Shown in pieces: positions 1 through 11,139 of a DNA stretch of 44,539 bases. The DNA lies in contig NW_003314279.1 of NCBI RefSeq assembly GCF_000143415.4, positions 2,073,232 through 2,117,770 of the forward strand, written 5' to 3'. Source of the DNA: Selaginella moellendorffii. Lineage: Eukaryota; Plantae; Lycopodiophyta. The notes under the pieces are model-generated. The model had not been told where the DNA came from and ran no database searches. It saw only the letters and a list, made by a program, of their open reading frames with translations. The translations under genes and the position numbers were made by a program. Each line of letters begins with the position of its first letter. Position 1 is the stretch's first letter.

Positions 1-765
1 GCGTTGAGGTAGTTGCCACTCGCCCACTCCTTCCTGAGCAAGATCAAGTCATTGTGGAGCGCAATGTGGTGCGTCCCAATCTCCTCAACCTTGCGTATGA
101 GAGGATGATCCAGCACGCCACGCTCCTCCAGCCTAAGTTGCAGTAAACCATCAATCAGAGCAAAGCAAGGAGCCACACCAGATGTGATCTCTCTCAGCCA
201 GAGGTACGTATCCAGGTTGGGAATGATTTGCTTGCGAAGCCAGCTCGATTCAATCTCAAACATGTCGAGCACCTTGGTCATAGCATCCACGAATCGGCCT
301 GATTCATCCACTATATGGAGGGACAGTTCTTCCAAAACCTCAGCTAACATCTTCATTTGCCTCAGCAACTCCGGATTTTTCACTGGAAGTGTGGCCTCGT
401 CAAATCTTCCCTTGAAAACCATCTTGTATGCGGTTGCCACATATCTTATGTCTGACGAGGAGATCTCCGGGCTATCCAGAATGTCATCTGCAAGAAAGAA
501 CCAAGCGATGAACTTTGCAACCGGAACAATCTTCTCGTATGGAATGGTCGGGTAAACATAAGCCGCGAGCAATCCAAGCCTGCTTTCTTGAACAAACACA
601 GCTTTCTCGCTTCCAGGTTGCAACTTCAGAAACTCCGCGCACCACGCATTGATCTGAGCGTCGGCCTTTGCATCGTACAGCGGATTCAGCACTGGAGAGG
701 CAAGAGTTTACACACTGGTGGAATGGAATAGCTTTTCTCCACTGCGAAAATGCTCGCAATGGATG
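1..765 (-). pseudogene. MTPSL: Microbial terpene synthase-like (MTPSL) pseudogene, copy 1; its 3' end runs off the window
   Basis: The reverse complement is nearly identical to 8736-9511. About 19 bp containing the ATG are missing (aggaa-g-catccattgcg vs aggaactcttctttcATGgctcttccatccattgcg). There is a 1-bp deletion near 704 (aaactcttgcc vs aaactccttgcc). The NSE motif reads NDLILLRKE (Ser>Leu, codon at 39-41). Confidence 0.88.
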
Positions 766-918
766 CTTCCTAAGTGAATTTTAAACACTGAAAGAAGGCT
801 GTTATAAATAAAATTAGAAGCAAATTCAAACTAAACAGTTGAATGGTTGTTGATTTCTGCTAACAACCCTAGGAAACATCCCACACAATATTCCGGATTT
901 GTGATTACAAATCTCTTT

Positions 919-1920
919 TTACTGGCCTTTGTTACCCAGTAATTCGTCTGCGAGCGCGTTTGCCTCTTCATGCCTCCCTTCTCTCGCTAGCTCCTGGATC
1001 ACCGCCTCGTAAGCCTCGGCATTTGGCCTGCCTTTCCTTGAGAGCGTCATCTCTTCCAAAACTTCCATGGCTTTGCTGAGCTCTTTCCCCTGGCACAGCC
1101 CCCTGATCAAGGCCACATAGATATCGTGGCGAGGAGGCGTGCCACTCTGCTTGATGGCCTCGAGAAGCTCCAGAGCTGCGCTCATTCTCCCGGTCCTACA
1201 CAGCCCATCCATCATCACCCTGTATGCGAACATATCCGCCTTGCAGTTCTCGTCGCGCTCCAGTCTCTCGAGCATCTTGCGAGCCTCTTCCAGGTCCCCA
1301 GTCCCACAGAAGCCAGCTCCTGAACGTTCGGCTGGACGTCGTTGTTAATGCCAACCATCTCCTCCAGCAGCTTGTAAGCCACCGTCGGCTTCCCAGCTCT
1401 GCAGAACGCGTCAATGAGAGCAGTGTAAGTCACCACGTTGGGTTGGCATCCCCGCTTGGCCATTCGCTTGAGAACTCTGTGCGCCTCCACCATTCTTTTG
1501 ACTTTGCAGAAGCTGTCGACCAGGCTTGTGTACGTATACACGTCCGGAGAGCAGTCACTGGCAATTATCTCTTCCAGAAGCCTCTCGGCGTCATCCACCA
1601 GTCCAGCATTACAGTATCCTTCCACTAGTGTCGAGAAAGTGACGATGTCAGGGAGGGCTGCCTGCTTGAGCATGTCGTTGAATAACGTGCGAGCCATGTC
1701 GATCTCATCCAGCTTACAAACCCGCCGATCAAGCAGCTGTATACGTGATAACATTCAGGTTGCAAAACTTGGCCTTCATTTCTCCAAACAGCCTGTTCAC
1801 TTCTGGCGCTCTTCCCATCTTGCAAAGTCCGTCAATAAGTATGTTGTAGGTGATGATATCTGGAAGGCACCCTGTTGCTGTCATCTCTTTGGCTGAATGC
1901 CCCAGACTATCATTCTCATG
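919..1920 (-). pseudogene. P-class PPR pseudogene, copy 1 (frameshifted, internally deleted)
   Basis: ORFs 919-1275 and 1215-1754 carry 35-aa PPR motifs (PDVYTYTSLVDSFCK, PNVVTYTALIDAFCRAG) in different frames. Colinear with 18903-19997, with an ~75-bp deletion near the 5' end. Confidence 0.85.
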
Positions 1921-3950
1921 ATAATCTATGGAGGATGAAGCTAGGGTTGTGTTGTTTGCAAGTGGTTGTCGTTGGATTCATTGTGGTCACTAGAGCCAAA
2001 GTTCTAGCTGGAGTTCTAACACTTCACAATGTTGTGTATTAACTTTGCATTCCTCGCACCACCAATGATGCCACCAAGTTTCAGTCTGCATCTTAAGCAA
2101 TTGTAGCTCTTTCATAAGCTTCTCTTGATATTAAGTCTACTGCTGCACTAGTGTTCAATGCTCCTTAAGCTCACTGAGTGCCAACTCAATGATATGTGCT
2201 AGCTTAGCAACAACACACATCTGGGTTTGGAAGCTTGGCTAAGAGTGGATGTCATGGTGCATGGCAACTTTAAAGAGCATGTCTTTCCCCACCTCTAATG
2301 CATAACTAAATGCTAGTTTGCAAGTTTCATGTTGGCATTTGAGGACTTTGCATTGCACTTCGAGCTTGAGTCCTTGGATGAATACTGACACCATGGGTTT
2401 CTCATTTATTATGAGCGTCTATAGCAAACATGCACACCAATGCATTTTAAATTGGATAGTATAGTTATTGATACTCATTTGCAGCATTTGCCAGAATTAA
2501 AATAGTTCATGTAGAGTTGTTGGTTAGTTTTCTCCATTCCAAATTACTTGAGGAACTTGTTAATCATTGTAGACAATAACCATCATTCATTTGGAAGCAA
2601 AAAAGATGCCCAATATTTTGCTCTTGCTTTCAAGGATCTCTGATCTTGTTATATCTTAAGTAAGTTTGAAATTGATTAATGTGATTATGAGCTAAAATAC
2701 TTGATCTAAAATAGAACTTTGGGAGGTCCATTGCCTTATAAAGGATATGAATAGTGGCCACAATTGATTATGCTCCTTTTTGGAATCTATTATAGACGAT
2801 GAAGATTCATTTACCAACAACGCTATCTAGTAATTAAGTTGGTATATAAGTCATAAGAAGAATTTTCCTCTAAGTTATGTGTGTGTATAAAAGAGTTTAT
2901 ATAGCAACAACTTGACCAATGGGTATGAATAGGCATCAAACTTCTAAAATGTGCCAAATGCCAAAACTAGGTATATGCTATAATGCTGGTTTAGAGCTTG
3001 GAGAGCTCAATCACAAGGTTTTATACTTGCTAGACATTCAAGGATTTTAAAATCATCTTTATAACACTTTATAACCTCTTATGCACTCACTATATACTAG
3101 ATGTTGTTCTCCATTCAAGTAAAAGTTTCTCAATCAATAGAGATGATTAAACACGAGGCATGAAATAGCTATATATACTCTAACCATAAGATGATGCAAA
3201 AGATAATTGTACACTACTCTAAAAATTATGAAACTAAACTCCAAAAACATGTATAACAATCTTGTAAAAAAAATAAACCTAAAAATCTCACTCCACTCAA
3301 AACACTCACTAAAACTAGCAAACATATATCAAGATCAAAAAATATAAAGATCTTGCAACTGCCAACTCCTAGGACTTGTCAAAAAGCTCTATCCAAGATT
3401 TATTTAGCTATGTAAGAAAGATCCATCTACATTATTTAGAATTGTGTGAGAATGCCCTAAACTTTTTTTACATTCTAAATAAAAGAACCCAAGTGAAAAG
3501 CTCTATAAATTACTTAATCTTGGACTAAAACTCATATGTAAGGATTTTAGAGAAAGCTTACAAGTAGATTTATCTATCAAGCCAAAGAAAGATTAAAATA
3601 GTTGAAGATCTATTGTGTATTAAACTCTTGAAGTGATTGTTGCACATGTCATGAATAAAACTTATTTGCATGTTGTGTTCCGAGAATAGAATTGAGAAAT
3701 TTGTAATACTAAAATAAAGTGCTTAACAAGATCTACAAACTTATGAGCTCCATTGCCTAAATCAATAAATAACCAAGGCATAAAGAGGAGAAAACAACTA
3801 TTCTTAGTTTAAAAAGGAAGAAAATTCAAGAAATCCTTAAAATTTAAGCATAGCTAGAATTTTTCCAGTTGGGCACATTTATTCTTACCCTATCACCATA
3901 ATGCAAATCTCTTGAGAATTTGTCTTAAAACCCAAAAAAACGAGCTTAAA
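1921..3950 (-). mobile_element. Decayed LTR-retrotransposon fragment (gag-like relic), inverted copy of 16560-18902
   Basis: The reverse complement aligns by eye with 16560-18902 over ~2 kb, mostly with transitions. It abuts the PPR 5' end at the same junction as in copy B. Confidence 0.65.
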
Positions 3951-4837
3951 AACCAAAGAATAAAGGGGAGGATTGACACCTTAGTAGAGTCACTAAATGT
4001 TAAGAGGGGAGCCTCTCAATAGTAAGGGTCTTCTATGCTTTGGAACTCAAATTAAATTATATCTCTTCTATAAACTTAGCAATGGGAATATTTTAAGGAA
4101 TCTTATTTAAAGGTTATATATATCTTAACTAGTAGGGATCTAGCTCCATTGGGAGTAGTAGAAAATATTTTCAATTTGAAAAGATGTAGTTATAATTGTA
4201 ATTGTTCAAACTATTTCTTTTTCTTGCTTTCTTTTAGCATGTTTATTTTTATAGGTTGCTACCAAGACTTGCAGCTTTGATTCCAATCTATGTATTCTAC
4301 ATCTTTACCAGGTTTGCAAGTCCTTCATGCCTTTTTAGTCATTTCTTTATGGCACTAACTAGGTTTTCTCACAACAAGTTTGAGCCACAAAATCACAGAT
4401 ATCATGCAATAATGGCTTTAGTAACAGTTTGGTGACCTTTCTATGGAAATTCATATTCACAGTTAAGTTCTTAAGCACAATTCTCAGGAATGGAGCTTTA
4501 CCTTAACTTCACAGAAATTGTTCAATGAAAAAGTAACACTACTGAAAAACATTATAAACTAAATGATGAGGAATCGAGTGAGAAAAGAAAAAGTACATAT
4601 ACCTCGAGTAGTCATCAGGGAAAGAGCAATAGGAGTGGCATAAGACTGGATTAGTGTTGTATAGCATTTAAAAGGCTACAAAATAGAGGTGAGACACCAA
4701 ACACCAAGAAAAAAAAATTGAAAAAATGATCAAAAGAATCATAGAACATAAGTAAGGTAAGCTAGAAACCTTCTTAAAGATCTACCTGTGTATCTTAAAA
4801 TAATAAGGTCCATCACCAATCATTCCCTCTACATTTA

Positions 4838-5415
4838 GAAGTCCCAATTGTAGAGCCGATTTCATGTTATAGGTAAGTCGGAATCACAGCAGCAACAATA
4901 GCATCACCAGCAAGATGCACTCAAGGCTGCACAAGAATTCTCCACCAGTATTTTGGGAATGGTCACATGTATATAGTGGTGATACTAGCATTGGTGAGTA
5001 GGTTGGTGCGAGGGACAAGGACAAAGATCTCACAAGGAATAAGGAAAAGGATCTTGTGGGGTTAGCCACCGCCCATGAGCAGTGGAAGATGTTTTTCAAA
5101 TACATCATGATGGCTTAATTCTTCACTTATGTTGGAGACATTTGTATGATTCTGGCACTTGCAGGTACCAAAATACTTCTGTGTTTGCAGCATTTACAGA
5201 TATCCTTTCTTCGTGATTACAGAGTGGGACCTTTATTTTTTTCAAAAAAGTCAATGGATATTTTGGGATATAGGAAATCATCATGCTTTTTATGTTTTGC
5301 TATTAGAGCTAAAGTAAGTTCTTTGATTGGGGTGTGTTTTTGTGTCACAGCTTTAAATGGGAGTATATTAATGGCTGTCTGGAAGTCCCAATTGTAGAGC
5401 CAATTTCATGTTATA
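4838..5415 (+). repeat. 34-bp direct repeat pair (4838-4871 and 5382-5415)
   Basis: gaagtcccaattgtagagcc(g/a)atttcatgttata occurs twice with one mismatch. Confidence 0.8.
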
Positions 5416-7284
5416 ATTTAGTATTTAAAAATCTCTGATACCTCAAACTTAACAGACCTTAGCACCATGTTGAAACTTGACTTATTTCGGTTTACAAAGT
5501 TCTTTTAGAAAAAAAAAGAGTGTTTTTATCTATACAAAACTACTGTTTACAGTGTTTAATGTTTGGTTTTTGAGAAGCTTGATCTCTTCTCCTGTTGGTT
5601 TTGGTATTTCATAGATATAGCATGTTCACTCTCAAGATGACAAACAAGCTTTGTGATGGCTTTTTATATTTTAGATAGCACATGCCTTGCCTACTCAAGC
5701 TCCAACTCATGTTGTTGGTCCCACAACTAAGGCAAGCAATGGCCAATGCATCTCTGGAGCTTCCTTGGGAGCTTGGTTGCAGATCCACTCCACTAGGAGA
5801 ATCAAATGAGCAGATGCGACTGTGTAGTGTGCAGCGATCTAACAAGGTTTTTGGTTTTTTTTTTCCTCCAAGCTCTAATCAACCGAATCATATTTGCCAT
5901 TACTGCTCCTCGTTTCTGTGCTCTCTTCCCATAAGGGCCATCTTTGGTGACACGACCTTTACCAGTCCATTTAAAATCCATGATAGTCATAGCCATAAAA
6001 TTTTGTGTGGCCGTCCCATTTGATTGTGCTTTTTCTTTCTTCCCTTCTCATAATAAATGATCACCACTAAACAACTTGTAAGAATCCAAGATCCATTCTC
6101 AAGGTGACAAGAAGTGGATGAATTGGTGTAAAAAAAAAGAGAGGAAAGAGTGTGTTCTAGGAATTAATATGATGGTAAACCTTATTGTTTCAGGTATTTT
6201 TTGCAAAAAGAATATAAGGAGTTTAAACTGGATAGAAACGATTTTAGTGATTTAGTGTTTGACATTTTGTTTCAATTGTTTTAGTTTTTTGTTATGGAGA
6301 ACAAGTGTTTTGAGAAAGAGATACATATTATACAAAATCTAGGTAACATCTGAAAGATGATAGTGGTTGGATTTGTATATTTAGGTTTATAATTTAGGAG
6401 ATTATTTTATGACTTAGAACATTGTTCCCTAGTAAAGCTTTTTTAAAGAGTCATGTGTTTGTTATTAATTAATAAATTATACTACTTATTGTAGACTATT
6501 GTCTATTAGCCTGCCTATTCACTTGCCTAAAAATCTGCTCTTGGCATAGACTACAATGTGTTTCTTTATAAATTTTTTTGAATATGGTTCTGAATATGGT
6601 TAACAACTAATTTGGTCTTAAGGGATGACAAAACCAGTGAATAAAAATGAAAGTATACTATATTTACAAACTGATACAATTGTAATAGATGCACATAAAA
6701 GAGCAATGCATGTACAAATCTGTTTGAGGTCTCCTGATTTAATGCAGAATAATCATGATGGTCAATGTGAGACACATTAACTAAGAGCTATGGATAGAAT
6801 GTGTGTATTTTGTAATGTTTTTCTTTTTAAGAGTGAATTGAAGTCTCAATATTGTCATGGTGGTCGCATTTCTTTGACAAACAATTTAGAGTTTCCTGTA
6901 TTGATAAAAGATTTACTTGAAGGCAAAAATCATCATACAAACTTTTATTAGAAACTACAATAGTGCCCTTGCTTTTGCATCTATCTGTTAATATACTACC
7001 ATTAAAAGCTGTGACACAAAAACACACCCCAACCAAAGAACTTACTTTAACTCTAATAGCAAAACATAAAATGCATAATGATTTCCTATATCCCAAAATA
7101 TCCACTGACTTTTCTGAAAAAAATAGAGGTCCCACTCTGTAATCACAAAGAAAGGATGGTTGTAAACGCTACAAACACAAAATTATTTTGGTACCTATAA
7201 GTGCCAGAATCATACAAATGTCTCCACCTGTGAGAAAGAAACCTAACATAAGTGAAGAATCTAGCCACCATTGTGTATTTGAAA
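5094..7284. repeat. ~280-bp imperfect inverted repeat (arms 5094-5371 and 6988-7284)
   Basis: The arms are reverse complements. They give the near-identical spurious ORFs 5146-5397(+) and 6827-7135(-). Confidence 0.85.
6790..6990 (+). mobile_element. Helitron RepHel N-terminal relic (the element probably extends towards ~7836)
   Basis: From 6790 it translates to MDRMCVFCNVFLFKSELKSQYCHGGRISLTNNLEFPVLIKDLLEGKNHHTNF, then after a frameshift FIRNYNSALAFAS. This matches the Helitron pattern CxxC..E..CCxxG...LL.G...IRxYNxAFAFxS. Stops and a frameshift indicate decay. Confidence 0.6.
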
Positions 7285-7836
7285 CAAAAGGTTTGTGTAC
7301 CAAATTGAGGAAAATGGTATTTTCAAGGGGCTCGCTCTCCTTGTTTCATTCCCAACACTGTGCAATGACAACATCAAACCCTTAGATATATGAAACGTTT
7401 TAAGAGTGTTATGTTATATCTAAGCCATCCATCTTAAAAATCCAAGAATATCTAACCCCCGATGCCAATAGCACTTTTAAATAAAGAAGTACTAGCAAAA
7501 GTCCTAGCTACACTGGGATCATTGTGTTTATTCCTGATGTTTTAGTAATTTCAAAGAGTTGTGATTGTAATTGTAATTTTTAACATAATCATAATAATAA
7601 CATACATAGTTAAACATAATATAATATTTATAATAAAAATTCCTTCTACAATTGACTCTATCACATAATAAATATAACTCATAACATTATATCATAATTA
7701 AAACTCTAATTGTTAAGTGAAGTTTTGGATCTTTTATAAATGGAATTGCTCACTGTGGGATCAATGTAATATTGAATCAGTCAAATACTCTTTGTTTCAT
7801 AGAATGAAACATTTATAGAACAAGTCATCACATTCC

Positions 7837-8562
7837 CGACACTAGTGGAAGGATACTGTAATGCTGGACTGGTGGATGACGCCGAGAGGCTTCTGGAAGA
7901 GATGGTTGCCAGTGACTGCTCTCCGGACGTGTATACGTACACAAGCCTGGTCAACGGCTTCTGCAAAGTCAAAAGAATGGTGGAGGCGCACAGAGTTCTC
8001 AAGCGAATGGCCAAGGGGGGATGCCAGCCCAACGTGGTGACTTACACTGCTCTCATCGACGCGTTCTGCAGAGCTGGGAAGCCGATGGTGGCTTACAAGC
8101 TGCTGGAGGAGATGGTTGGCAACGGCGTCCAGCCGAACTTTATCACGTACAGGAGCTTGATCGGTGGCTTCTGTGGGACTGGGGACCTGGAAGAGGCTCA
8201 CAAGATGCTCAAGAGACTGGAGCGCAACGAGAACTGCAAGGCGGATATGTTCGCATACCGGGTGATGATGGACGGGCTGTGTAGAACCGGGAGAATGAGC
8301 GCAGCTCTGGAGCTTCTCGAGGCCATCAAGCAGAGTGGCACGCCTCCTCGCCACGATATCTATGTGGCGTTGATCAGGGGGCTGTGCCAGCGGAAAGAGC
8401 TCGGCAAAGCCATGGAAGTTTTGGAAGAGATGACACTCTCAGAGGAAAGGCAGGCCAAATGCCAAGGCTTACGAGGCAGTGATCCAGGAGCTAGCGAGAG
8501 AAGGGAGACACGAAAAGGCAAATGCACTCTCAGACGAATTACTTGGTAACAAAGGCCAGTAA
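7837..8562 (+). pseudogene. P-class PPR pseudogene, copy A (5'-truncated, frameshift near 8441)
   Basis: About 6 PPR motifs in ORF 7845-8549, which opens at a GTG. Homology to the other copies begins abruptly at ~7837. A 1-bp insertion near 8441 shifts off the conserved ...LLGNKGQ* end (TAA 8560-8562). Confidence 0.82.
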
Positions 8563-8735
8563 AACGAGATTTGTAATCACAAATCCGGAACATTGTGTGA
8601 ACACTATCTGGGATGTTTCCTAAGGTTTTTCGCAGAAATCAACAACCATTCAACTATTTAGTTTGAATTTACTTCTAGTTTTATTTATAAGGGCTCTTTT
8701 TCAGTGTTTGAAATTCACTTAGGAACTCTTCTTTC

Positions 8736-9782
8736 ATGGCTCTTCCATCCATTGCGAGCATTTTCGCAGCAGAGAAAAGCTATTCCATTCCACCAGTGTG
8801 TAAACTCCTTGCCTCTCCAGTGTTGAATCCGCTGTACGATGCAAAGGCCGACGCTCAGATCGATGCGTGGTGCGCGGAGTTTCTGAAGTTGCAACCTGGA
8901 AGCGAGAAAGCTGTGTTTGTTCAAGAAAGCAGGCTTGGATTGCTCGCGGCTTATGTTTACCCCAGCATTCCATACGAGAAGATTGTTCCGGTTGCAAAGT
9001 TCTTCGCTTGGTTCTTTCTTGCAGATGACATTCTGGATAGCCCGGAGATCTCCTCGTCAGACATAAGATATGTGGCAACCGCATACAAGATGGTTTTCAA
9101 GGGAAGATTTGACGAGGCCACGCTTCCAGTGAAAAATCCGGAGCTGCTGAGGCAAATGAAGATGTTATCTGAGGTTTTGGAAGAACTGTCCCTCCATATA
9201 GTGGATGAATCAGGCCGATTCGTGGATGCTATGACCAAGGTGCTCGACATGTTTGAGATTGAATCGAGCTGGCTTCGCAAGCAAATCATTCCCAACCTGG
9301 ATACGTACCTCTGGCTGAGAGAGATCACATCTGGTGTGGCTCCTTGCTTTGCTCTGATTGATGGTTTACTGCAACTTAGGCTGGAGGAGCGTGGCGTGCT
9401 GGATCATCCTCTCATACGCAAGGTTGAGGAGATTGGGACGCACCACATTGCGCTCCACAATGACTTGATCTCTCTCAGGAAGGAGTGGGCGAGTGGAAAC
9501 TACCTCAACGCCGTGCCCATTCTTGCCAGCAATTGTAAGTGTGGCTTGAACGAGGCAATCGGCAAGGTTGCGAGCATGGTGGAGGATTTGGAGAAGGATT
9601 TCGCCCAGACAAAGCATGAGATCATTTCAAGTGGGCTTGCCATGAAGCAAGGAGTCATGGACTATGTGAACGGCATAGAGGTGTGGATGGCCGGAAACGT
9701 AGAATGGGGATGGACGAGCGCTAGATACCATGGAATTGGGTGGATCCCTCCTGCAGAAAAATCAGGGACCTTCCAACTCTAG
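8736..9782 (+). CDS. MTPSL: Microbial terpene synthase-like protein (class I, probably a sesquiterpene synthase), copy A, 348 aa, intronless
   Basis: DDILD (aa 97-101), R195 in YLWLREITSG, NDLISLRKE NSE/DTE motif (242-250) and WxxxxxRY (324-331). Alpha-domain-only size typical of MTPSL and bacterial/fungal terpene synthases. Confidence 0.95.
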   Translation: MALPSIASIFAAEKSYSIPPVCKLLASPVLNPLYDAKADAQIDAWCAEFLKLQPGSEKAVFVQESRLGLLAAYVYPSIPYEKIVPVAKFFAWFFLADDILDSPEISSSDIRYVATAYKMVFKGRFDEATLPVKNPELLRQMKMLSEVLEELSLHIVDESGRFVDAMTKVLDMFEIESSWLRKQIIPNLDTYLWLREITSGVAPCFALIDGLLQLRLEERGVLDHPLIRKVEEIGTHHIALHNDLISLRKEWASGNYLNAVPILASNCKCGLNEAIGKVASMVEDLEKDFAQTKHEIISSGLAMKQGVMDYVNGIEVWMAGNVEWGWTSARYHGIGWIPPAEKSGTFQL

Positions 9783-9799
9783 ATTGTTGCTCAGTTCTA

Positions 9800-11070
9800 T
9801 CAAATAAGCAAATTGAAAAGCACCGTAGATGTGGTATCAACATCAAACACGCAGCTCAGATCTTCTATGGTATGGGCAAGAGGGACAAGTTCACCTGGGA
9901 TCTTTTGCTGGTTGCCTGCTGCAAAAACGGGCACTTTGATGAAGCGCACTGTGATGGGCATCTTGATTCTGCCAAGGTAGTTGTTAGCAAAATGCCTGCT
10001 TGCAACTTGGTCTCGTGGACGACGATGCTGGGGGCTTTATCTCAGCTCGCGGATGTAGAAAGCACTTTTGAAGAGATGATTACGTATGGAAGAGAATCAA
10101 AGAGGCAGCTGGCTTCCTCAAGGCGTTGGCTTTGGGTGTAGGCGACGAGCAGCGTTGTGACGGAGACAAGATCGTGATGCGGCATCTGATCCTGAAAGAA
10201 GCGCTCCGACTCTTTCAGGAGGCCGCAGTGGACGTAGCCGGAAAGGATTGCCGTGCAAGTCGAGAGATTCCTCACAAGCTGGAAGAGCTCCAGAGAAGAC
10301 TCCAGATGCCAGTGACGGGAGACACGATGTCGTCTCGTGCACTTGCGCAATTGCAGCATTGCTGTGTGTTGGAACGCCATAGCCACGGGATTAACCCAGT
10401 GCNNNNNNNNNNNNNNNNNNNNNNNNNNNNNNNNNNNNNNNNNNNNNNNNNNNNNNNNNNNNNNNNNNNNNNNNNNNNNNNNNNNNNNNNNNNNNNNNNN
10501 NNNNNNNNNNNNNNNNNNNNNNNNNNNNNNNNNNNNNNNNNNNNNNNNNNNNNNNNNNNNNNNNNNNNNNNNNNNNNNNNNNNNNNNNNNNNNNNNNNNN
10601 NNNNNNNNNNNNNNGTTCCAAACGATGCCCCTGCGCAGCGTTGAATCCTTCAGTGCAATGCTGACCGCATATGCGCAAGCCGGCAGCCCCAGCGACGTGT
10701 GTGATTCCTTCTAAGAGATGAAGCTAGTGGAGATGCCCGACGATTCCTGCTTCATGATTGCGAGCAGCCAAGTTGGCGAGCCCCCAATGTCTACTTCAAC
10801 TCCATGCGTCTGGATTACGGGGTGGCGGCGAGAAAGCAACACTACTGCTGCATCGTGGACATGCTGGGGCGAGCGGGATACCTGCATGCGGCGGAAGAGC
10901 TTGTGCAAACCATGCCTTTTCTTCCCAACTCGTGGGACTGGACGTCCATGCTAAGTTCTTCCAGAGGCGATAGAATCTGGAAAAACGGTGCTCGAGTGAC
11001 GAAACGAGCTTTGCTTTCGAGCCCCAGCGATGGAGCTGTTCTTGTGCTGCTCGCAAACTCACGCTCTTGA
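9800..11070 (+). pseudogene. PLS-class PPR pseudogene, copy A (start lost, internal inversion, assembly gap, in-frame stop)
   Basis: PLS fragments (GKRDKFTWDLLLVACCKNGHFDEA; HYCCIVDMLGRAGYLHAAEELVQTMPFLPN). Homologous to 21248-22444, with 10081-10322 inverted. Confidence 0.82.
10403..10614. other. Assembly gap (212 N)
   Basis: Run of N. Confidence 0.99.
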
Positions 11071-11100
11071 TTCTTACTACTTTTTTCGAAACTTTACCTT

Positions 11101-11129
11101 TATAAAACGGGTTATCGAATTTAGGGTTC
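11101..11129 (+). promoter_or_regulatory. Putative TATA box (TATAAAA, 11101-11107) and telo-box-like TTTAGGGTT just upstream of PPCS
   Basis: TATAAAA starts 39 nt before the ATG at 11140. Motif match only. Confidence 0.35.
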
Positions 11130-11139
11130 ATCGGTCATA

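Noticed and set aside
184-555. Conserved 123-aa antisense ORF (MISLSQRYVSRLG...) found three times (also 8957-9328 and 20379-20750)
   Set aside because: It is the antisense shadow of MTPSL. Its conservation follows from recent duplication and there is no independent evidence of coding.
7842-7846. CTAGT at the Helitron/PPR junction as a Helitron 3' end
   Set aside because: The same cgacactagtgg is native PPR sequence in the other two copies (~1622-1633 and ~19264-19275).
8736-9782. MTPSL as microbial contamination
   Set aside because: It is embedded in contiguous sequence with plant PPR genes, a spliced PPCS and plant TEs, and MTPSLs are an established non-seed-plant family.
10126-10714. ORFs spanning N runs (also 23166-23656)
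   Set aside because: These are artefacts of the assembly gaps.
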